This document shows positions 1 through 8,500 of a stretch of 64,000 bases of DNA, piece by piece. The DNA is from a virus: the IMG/VR virus record IMGVR_UViG_3300009162_000001; one strand, written 5' to 3'. Position 1 is the first letter of the stretch. The number at the start of each line of letters is the position of its first letter. A program made the translations under genes and the position numbers. A model generated the notes under the pieces. It was not told where the DNA came from. It saw nothing but the letters and a program-made list of their open reading frames with translations, and did no database searches.

Positions 1-2552
1 CCACCGTTGTCACCCGACAACCTAAGCCAGCTGAGGAGATACTCCTTCGAGTCGAACGTCGAGTGTGCGTCATCCCCGTATTCGTTGTATGCGGAGATCG
101 TACCGTCGCCGTTCGACACGAGATCATGTCGGCTACCGTGTGTGTCGACGCCGGACAGGACGGTCGTACCATCCTTCGTGTTGCGCGCGTTCCAGACGTG
201 ATCGGCCAACTCCATGATGTGAAGGTTACCTGGGTTGGTGTCACGCCATCGACCGTGAGCGTCTCGTGGCTGATTGGGGTCAAAGTCAAAAGGGACGACA
301 TCACCGACCGCCGCCTCGGTCGGACGACCTGGGTGGCGACCCATGGTCGTTCCCGTGGCGAGCTGGTGGTAGTACTGACACAGGCCACCGGCGCGAACTC
401 CGACGTACTTACGCATGTGCTTGATGCAGCGTGTGCCATCGCCCTCGGTGTTCCACCGGATCTTAGCCGCACCAGGACCGTAGACCCAGTAGTCACGAAG
501 CTGATGACCAGCCGAGCCAGGTGACTTGACACCACGCTCCTTAGCCCAGGCGATGTACTCGTTTAGCCAGCCTTGGACGTCCGGATGATCAAGATCGAAA
601 ACCGACTCAAATTCGACCGTATAGCTACCAACGGCCGGCGTGCGTTCGGGCGCCTGGGGAGGTTCAGAGGTCTCAAGTTCAGACCTATCTGTACCAGTTT
701 GTCCAGCTCCAAGGGGGAAGTCATAGTTCTCGCCTGCGAAGGCCACGCGGATGCGATCAAATGTGATCGGACCGACCTGATCCACCAACGGAGTAAGATC
801 GGTAGCGGTCTCGGTCAACGTGATGTGCGGGATCCACGTCTTGAATGAGTGTGCCGACTGATCGATGACGTCGTGCACCTGCTCACAGATGAACTCGTAT
901 GACTCCGTCAGCTCATCACCCTGCACGAGCAGCACCGTGCACTCTTCACGATCCGGCTGAGCGTCACCTGGGTTAAAGAGTGCGAGCCCAAAACCTTCGG
1001 CGTCGATGACATCCAGCGCCGATGCGGCAGCCTCGATCCGACTAAGGATCTGCTCCTCGTTTTCCTCGGTGATGTCCGCGGCCTCGCCTAAGTACTTGAT
1101 CGTACAGTGAAGCTCGCCGGCTGGAAGACCACCATGCACAGCGAGACGACCCGCGTCATCCTCAGACGGGACCAATGCGATCATCGCACCGGTATGTACT
1201 ACAGCTGCAGCTGTAAGATCTTCAACGTTATTCATTACTTCTAACTCGATCACCGGAGTATCAGAGTTAGGCAGCTTACTGATGCCCAAGACACGCATGC
1301 GCTGATCCCGACCAAGAACTACCTCTTGCGCCTTGATGTAGTGATCATTAGCCTCGGGATCGTCAGTGTTCGTGGGGAACTTTACCGCGTGCGTCCCCGC
1401 TGGTACTGAAATCTTAAAGACCACAGCACCTGGTTTCGTCGCGTAGATCTGGGTCGCGACGTCACCATTGGCGCTTGTTGACGTGTATGCCTTGTCAGAT
1501 AAGACGTCGCCAACCTTGAGATTCTTATATTGATCTTGTACACCTTCAAGACCACGCCACACGGTAATCGGTTTAGTGACCGTTCCGCGTGCGACGACAT
1601 CGTCCAGTGCCGCAACCTGCGTCTCAGCGATCTGAGCATCTGACACGCGATCAAGTGCCGGTGGTCCGTTGCGTAGACGATCGTTTAACGCCTTGAAATT
1701 CATGCGATCTGGGTTGTAGCCGTTACCCGTGTAGGCGTTAAGTTCCTTGATATCGGTCGGTTCGAGTGGATGCGTGATCGCATCCAGCGCATCGGTACCG
1801 GTTAGACCTTCAGTCTTGGATAGAGCAGCCTCGTCGTGACCTACGATCTCCGGAGTGACGTCATCGATCGTGCTAGGCACGTCAGCCTCAGTCAACTGTG
1901 GACGAGCGTTCTGATGCGTCTCAGGAACGTTACCGATGAACGTACCGGCGCGTGGCTCGACTTCAGGTGTCTGCCAGTCACCCGTCTTGACCTTGTCGTA
2001 GGCCTGCTTCTTGGTGAGAGGCTTACCCTTTCCCCACGAGTCACCCTTACGCTTCTCGTGGAGAAACTTCTTGGTGGACTGATCCCATCGCATACGCTCG
2101 TTATCGCGCTGAGCGACGACCTCGCCGTCGGGAATCGTGGCACGGTGGATCGCCTTCGTCGGGGCGAACTTCTTCAACGCCTTCACGACACCGGAGATAC
2201 CACCACCTGGTGTCTCGGTCCATTGACCATCAGCATCGCGAAGTTCATGTTTCCACTGATCACCACCGGCTGCGGCCGTCATTGCCGCGGTGATCGAGCT
2301 CTCACCACTGAGGAACGCGTCCACCTCGGCGTCTGTGAAGCCACCGTCATCGAACTCCTCATGAGCGTTGGCCTCATCCTCCTGTGCCTGACGCTCCTCC
2401 GGAGTAAGGGTGTGCGAGATGTCGCGGAAGGGATCATCCAGCGGCAACTCATCGGTCATCAGGTAGTGCTGAGCCTCCGCGAGCGTCATACCACGAGGCA
2501 TCGCAGCGATCTCAGAGAGGTCGAACGTCTCATCAACGTGGAAGTTACTCAT
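1..2552 (-). CDS. multidomain virion-type protein (C-terminus beyond window): ADP-ribosyltransferase + 2H (LigT-like) phosphoesterase + actinophage head-protein motif
   Basis: Absent from the ORF track because there is no stop inside the window. Hand translation of the minus frame from ATG 2552 (ATGA overlap with the stop of the 2627-aa ORF) stays open to nt 1, about 850 codons. R-S-E ART signature: ITVWRG, AYTSTS, KAQEVVLG. Two HxT motifs about 90 aa apart: LHCTIKYLG and IPHITLTE. Then LRDYWVYGPGAAKIRWNTEGDGTRCIKHMRKY. Confidence 0.75.
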   Translation of the reverse strand, partial: MSNFHVDETFDLSEIAAMPRGMTLAEAQHYLMTDELPLDDPFRDISHTLTPEERQAQEDEANAHEEFDDGGFTDAEVDAFLSGESSITAAMTAAAGGDQWKHELRDADGQWTETPGGGISGVVKALKKFAPTKAIHRATIPDGEVVAQRDNERMRWDQSTKKFLHEKRKGDSWGKGKPLTKKQAYDKVKTGDWQTPEVEPRAGTFIGNVPETHQNARPQLTEADVPSTIDDVTPEIVGHDEAALSKTEGLTGTDALDAITHPLEPTDIKELNAYTGNGYNPDRMNFKALNDRLRNGPPALDRVSDAQIAETQVAALDDVVARGTVTKPITVWRGLEGVQDQYKNLKVGDVLSDKAYTSTSANGDVATQIYATKPGAVVFKISVPAGTHAVKFPTNTDDPEANDHYIKAQEVVLGRDQRMRVLGISKLPNSDTPVIELEVMNNVEDLTAAAVVHTGAMIALVPSEDDAGRLAVHGGLPAGELHCTIKYLGEAADITEENEEQILSRIEAAASALDVIDAEGFGLALFNPGDAQPDREECTVLLVQGDELTESYEFICEQVHDVIDQSAHSFKTWIPHITLTETATDLTPLVDQVGPITFDRIRVAFAGENYDFPLGAGQTGTDRSELETSEPPQAPERTPAVGSYTVEFESVFDLDHPDVQGWLNEYIAWAKERGVKSPGSAGHQLRDYWVYGPGAAKIRWNTEGDGTRCIKHMRKYVGVRAGGLCQYYHQLATGTTMGRHPGRPTEAAVGDVVPFDFDPNQPRDAHGRWRDTNPGNLHIMELADHVWNARNTKDGTTVLSGVDTHGSRHDLVSNGDGTISAYNEYGDDAHSTFDSKEYLLSWLRLSGDNG

Positions 2553-5500
2553 CGCCACATCATCCCTGCGTCGACAGCCGCAATGATCTGACTCTCGTCA
2601 TCCGGCTTAGGTACGATGCGAACACGAACCGTAGCACCACTACCGTTAGGTGTCACGCTAAGAATGTGGTAGTAGAGACCGGCGGCGAGCAGCATCTCAT
2701 TCTCGCCCTTGTGGAGTGAGATCGGCTTGGCCCAGTACATCGGCGTCCCAGGTGGCGCCTCGATCTCAATCTTGACGTGACCACCGAACGCCGAGTGCCC
2801 ACCGGTTGACGTCGAACCAAAGCCACCCATCCAGCGCGTCTGGCCGACCATCTTCGCCAGGCTAGCGTACGACGTAGCCTTGAACGCGTCGAAACCAACA
2901 CCACGGTGGAGCAACACCGGCTCGATCGAGGGGATCATCGCCGCCTGAGCGTTGTTCATACTTTGCTCATTCGAGCTGGAGATGCCCTGCACCTTGCCAT
3001 ACAGGAAGGCGTTGATGGAGTGGTAGATACCGCCGGTGTAGTTGGTAATGCCACTCTTAGCGGAGCCTGAAGGTTCCTGCCCGGTCGCCTTCTTAAAGGC
3101 CGCCAGCGCCTTGTTAAACCACGAGGTAGCCGAGCTGGTGTCCAAAACATTGTACGAATACTTGTTCGACTCCTCAAGCGTCGGTAGGTTACCCTCAACG
3201 CCTGCCATGAACTTCGGCGGCGGTGGCTTCGGGATCGGCAGGTTGTGCAGGATCGCGTAGCCGGCGGGTGTCTGCAGCCAGTCGGTGATCTTCTTCTCGA
3301 AGAGGTGATCGTCAGGCTTCGAGACCTTGGCAGCGCCGACCTCATCGATAACGCGCAGCGTCTGCATCTTCGTGAGGTTGTTGTTGTCCGCGATCGTGAT
3401 CAACGCGGCCCAGATGTCCTGGCTTGAGCTCTTGAGGTACGTCGCCGGCTGGGACTTGAACGCCTGGTAGACCTGCTTCTTCTGCGCATCACTTAGGTGG
3501 GAGATGTCCCCGCCACCCATGTCGATCGTCCCACCACCGGGCACCGTGACGACGCTCGCTGAGTGCGACGTCTTAACCGTTGGGACCGTAGCCTCCGGCT
3601 TGTACCAGCCGTAAACGGGTGCTGAGTTAGCGAGCGTCGCTACCTTGTACGACTCGGTATTCGTCGTCGTCCACGTGTTGTTGGCTGGGCTCCAGGTCTG
3701 AAGCTGGAACTCAGACCCAGGCTTGTGATAGACGATTCGATGTTGACCATTAGACGAGTACGCGAGAACGGTCGTCGCATTATACTGACTCTTCTTAGAG
3801 AGCGGACCCCACGCTGCGACCTTCGGACCCTTGGGTACGTCGGTTCCATCGGGAAGCGTGATCGTTCCGAAGATGCCGGTTGGCTTCGGTGGCGGCGGTG
3901 GCGGTGGCGGCGGTGGCGGCGCCGGAGGTGTCGTTGGATATTTCAACGCCACAGGTGCTGGCTTTGGTGGCTTAGGATGAGCCACCGGCGTCGTCGCGTC
4001 GTACCACTTCGTCTTCACAACCTTAGCCAGCGACGCCAACTTGTACTGCTCGCCGTCGACGTAGATCCACTTCTTGTTGGTGTCATCCCACTTGTGTAGG
4101 TAGAAGAACCCGTAGTTGGCCGACAGCCTGTACTTGCCATCTTCCGAGTACGCCAGAGGCTGGCCGCTGTTCTTCTTGGCGGCCAGGTCCTTCCACACCT
4201 TAACCTCGGGACCCTTGTCCACCGTCGTACCGTCGGCTAGTGTCAGCTTCGACTTCGGTGTTGATGAGGCAGCAGGCGCGATCTTTGTCGGACTTAGGTC
4301 AATCGCGTAGTTCCAATAGTCCGAGTGGTCTTGCGCCAGCTTCTTGGGATGGTCACCCTCGGCGAAGAGCTCGTACTTGTTCGTGGCCGGATTGTACTTG
4401 CGAAGCTGGTATCCACCGAAGTTGGAGACCAAGATAAGTTCTTTGCTAGGTGACACCGCGTGTAGCTTGTACCCGGCGTCTGGGTTGACGTCACCGATCG
4501 ACTCCCAGCCATCCATTGGGATCGTGTAACCGGTCGACACTGGTGTTCCGTCCTTGAGTGGGAACACGTTAGGTGTCGTGCTTAGTCCGGTGAACTTATC
4601 CGTGATCGGTGGCGGAGAGTTTGGTGACTGTTCCGCGTGAACCCAACTCTTGAAGAAACCCACCTTGTTAGTTGCTGTGAGGTACGGATCCTTACCCGAG
4701 CCAGCAAGTTCATACTTATGCTTGTCAGGATTCCACGTTGAGACAAAGAACCAACCATCGGTTGAAAACAGTTGGTGTTGAAGATCTGTCGTTACGGCGT
4801 GCAGCTTATGTCCAGGAACAACGCTCTTATCCTTAAGAATCTGCTGCCAGTCTTCAGGCTGAATATCCTCCGCAAGTAGGACCTCGGTGCCGTCCGGCAG
4901 TGTGTCGATCGGTGACGCGATCGACACGTCCTTAACCTCACCCTCGGTCGACACCGGTGCGAGTGTCCACTTCGTGTTCTTGCCGAGGACGTTGTTGTCC
5001 ATGAAGTTTGTGAGTTGTTCCTCGGTGGTGAACTCGTATGACGTAGGCACATCTGTGCCTTCATCATTGTGGTAGAACACCTGCAGCTTCTTAAAGCCTT
5101 CACCATCACCATCTTGCTTGATCTTATAGGTGAAGGTTCCACCTTCCTTGACGTACGTTCCGGTGGCAATGATCTTCGCGTACGTAGCCGAACCAAACGA
5201 TGGTGTCGCGTTCCAGACCTCGTCTGCGGTGGCATTACGTGAACCAACGGTCGGCGACAACGTCGGATCACTACCGCCCGGCGTACCCGCGTACCACTTA
5301 TCGGTCATGTTCCACGTGTCGACCGGGAAGTGATTTAGCAACGACGACTGTGGTTCCGCCGCGACGATCTCACTCGTCCAGTTCGGGCTGTCGGCGGTGC
5401 CGTCGTTGGTCTCGAGAACAAACTTGCTGTCATCGTCATACGTGACTCGCCACTTACCGTCCTCACGCGTCGCGACGACGTCACCGGGAACCCACGGCAA

Positions 5501-8500
5501 CTTTTCTAGATCCGCAAACGACGTGACCACCTGCGGTACATGCACACCAGGTGTTGGCGTCGGTGCTGGCTTAGCGCCAGACAGTGATGCGTAGACCGGA
5601 GCTCCGGTCGGCGTCGGGTATATCTTCCACGAGTCGCCGTTGTCGTCGTTCATCTTAAGGTAGGCGTCGACCTCGTGTGGCTCAACCTTGACGAGCGCCA
5701 CACCGTTCTTAAACACAAACATGTGTTCGCCAAGCTGACCCTTTTCAACGGTAAGAAGATCACCGTTCTCAAGATTCTTGTTGGCGATCACCGAGTAGCT
5801 CTTCACATCGGGATCGGCCAGGGCCTTCATGATCAGTGAGGTGCCGGGATGCTCGTCAGACGACGGCGGCATCACGGTCGGCTTCTTGACGTCAGGATGC
5901 GCGATGACGTAGTCGAGACCCTTCTTCGTCTTCAGCCACTTCTTAAGCTTGTTCGTGTACGAGCTGTTCGTCGGCGCGCTGGGCGGCAACCCAGTGTCCA
6001 GCGCCGCTAGGATCTGCATGTTCGTCAGGTGTTCGTAACCGACACCCGCATCTGAGGTCTTGAACGACTGCAGTGCATCCCAGATCGCCTCAGGCTTGTT
6101 GTGCCACTTCGCACCGTTGGCATTGAAGTACGTCTTAAGAACACCGATCTGCGCGGGCGACATGCTGGTGATGTCAGCACCTGGGTTCGGCGCAGGCTTC
6201 GGTGGATCGACGTTGACGAGATGCCACTTTGACGTACTTGTGTGATCTTGCGCCGTGAACGCTAAGTCATTTGCCGGGATGTTTGTCTCAAGGGTCATCC
6301 AGTCACTGGGGTTGTTCGTTGATTGCTTCTGGATGCGAAACTTCTTCATGTCTGCGTTAGGTAGTGATGTACCACCCGCAATGATGCGGAAGTTACCCTC
6401 AGGTGTCGTCACCGTCGCAATGACTTGGTTCTTGACGAACGTAGCCATAGACTCAAATGTGAACTTTTGCTTCCACGCTTCCGAGGTAAACGTTGTCTCG
6501 TTGTCACCACCGTAGGCACCGGTTGACACAGCACCGTCAATCGCCGCATTGTGCTGTGAGATGTTCGCCGGCACACCAAAGTGCGGAACGGCTACGTCAC
6601 CCTTAAGCCAACTCTTAACACTCTCGTTTGAGTGATACTTGGTGACATCAGCGAGATCATCTTCCCACTCGGCGTCAGACGCGCCTTCACCCGGTAGACC
6701 CAGCTTGCTGACCACCGTCCACTTACCGGTGCTGTTCTGAATCTTACTGAGCTCGATCTGACCGGTGCTGATGTTGTACGTCATCGCCAGGCTACCGTCT
6801 GTCGTCACTCCGATCGTCGTACCGGGTGCGTTAAACAGTCCGGCATCCACCATGTCGTCAACGCTCAGCTCATCCTCAGGCTCCCACCATGTATCTGAAC
6901 CGACATTACCGTCAAGATCTTGATTGAACAACGAGCTAGGATTCCACGCAATGTCAGCACCACCAGCTTTGTCGATCCACCACTGGTTAAACGCATCATT
7001 ATCATGAAACTGAACAGATGACTTACCATCACCGGTCTCTTCGTACAATGCAAGCGGATAGTCAAACGATGTCTTACGAATCGTAACCGGGTTACCATTC
7101 TTATCATTTCCAGCGATAAGAATATTACCCGGCTTTGCGGTCTTAGCTGCGTCAAGAACATTCGTGCCAAGTTCAGCGTGCTTGGTGTCGACCGGATACG
7201 CCATCTTGACGGCAGATGTTCCCAACTTAGCCTGACGCTGTGCGGTCGTCTTCTTGTAAAGATCGCTAAAGTCCTTTTCCAGCGTATCACGACGCTGCAT
7301 GATCGCCTTAAGGAACGTCTCAGGATCGTTACCGTAGGCGCTTAACCATCCGTTCTTGGCGGCACCCTGCGCGTACGAACCGAACATATCCCGGATGTCA
7401 TCGTCAGAGAGCTCGGTCGCGTCAAAGATAACCTGCGCGATCGCATGATCTTCATCCGGATCGTGCATCTGGATGTTCTCGCCGTTGGCATATGCCTTCC
7501 ACATGTCCGGGTACGTGTGCTTGTTTGGACTGAGTGGGCTCCACGGCTTGTAGTCCGGATCAAGCTTGTCCTTGGCGTAGAACCTGAAGGCGTGACCCTT
7601 GTCGATGGACGAGATGTGACCGTTTGGTAGTCTGATGAACTGACCGGAGTGTGCGTCGTTGTTGCCCAGGAGCCAGTCGAGGACTTGCTCCTTCTGCATG
7701 TCACGCACATCTTCTTCAGACAAGTTCGTCGGCTTAAACGAACCGTTCGGGAACGCGTCCTGGGCGTCGAACATCGCCTGCACGGCGGCCGGCTTGCCAT
7801 CGACGTCCATCACCCACGTCTTGGGACCCTTAAGCCCGATGGCTGCCTGCAGCTTGTTCGCCGCGACGTCGAGCTCAAGCACAGGATCATCGTTAGGGTT
7901 CTTCTTACGACGCACCAACCAGCGCTGACCCTTGTCATCGATGTAGATCGGCGACGCGGAGACTCCCGTGGCCGCGTTCCCGATCTTCTTCATCTTCGCG
8001 GGATCAGGCTTGTGTGCGTTCATCACCGCCACGATGGAACCCGGCACACCAGGCGGCGATGAATACGACTTAATGACAACCGGCGGTGAAACCGGTGGTG
8101 GAGCTGTTGACTTCGGTGCGGATGCAGGCTGACGCCAGTCCCACTTCGCGTCCTTCGCCATCTTATACGTGTCGGCCTTGGTGTCATACGAGACCGAGTA
8201 CCACGCATCAGTCACAGTGCTCTTCTGCTGCAGCTGGTACTTCTTCATCCCCGCACTCCAGCGGAGTCGATGAGTGCCATCAGCACTCACGGCGACGACC
8301 GTACCATCCTGGTGTTGCTTGTGAATGGTCGCAGGAATGAACTTCTTAGTTGACGGCGCAGATGATGTGACCTTCGCTGGCTCAACGTTTTCAAGAGGCG
8401 TTGGCACCGTACTTGGAATGGTAGGCACCGCGTTGGGTACGCCCGGTGGTGAATCCAGCTTCATGTTCTCCGGCACCGGCGTGGTAATGGTCGTGTCGGA

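Noticed and set aside
1836-2591. 251-aa plus-strand ORF and other track ORFs in 1-2548 (63-524, 573-848, 1382-1654, 1892-2143).
   Set aside because: All overlap the long open minus-strand frame that continues from ATG 2552 to the window edge and carries clear ART/2H motifs. They have Arg/Ser/Thr-rich, low-complexity translations typical of off-frame reads in GC-rich DNA.
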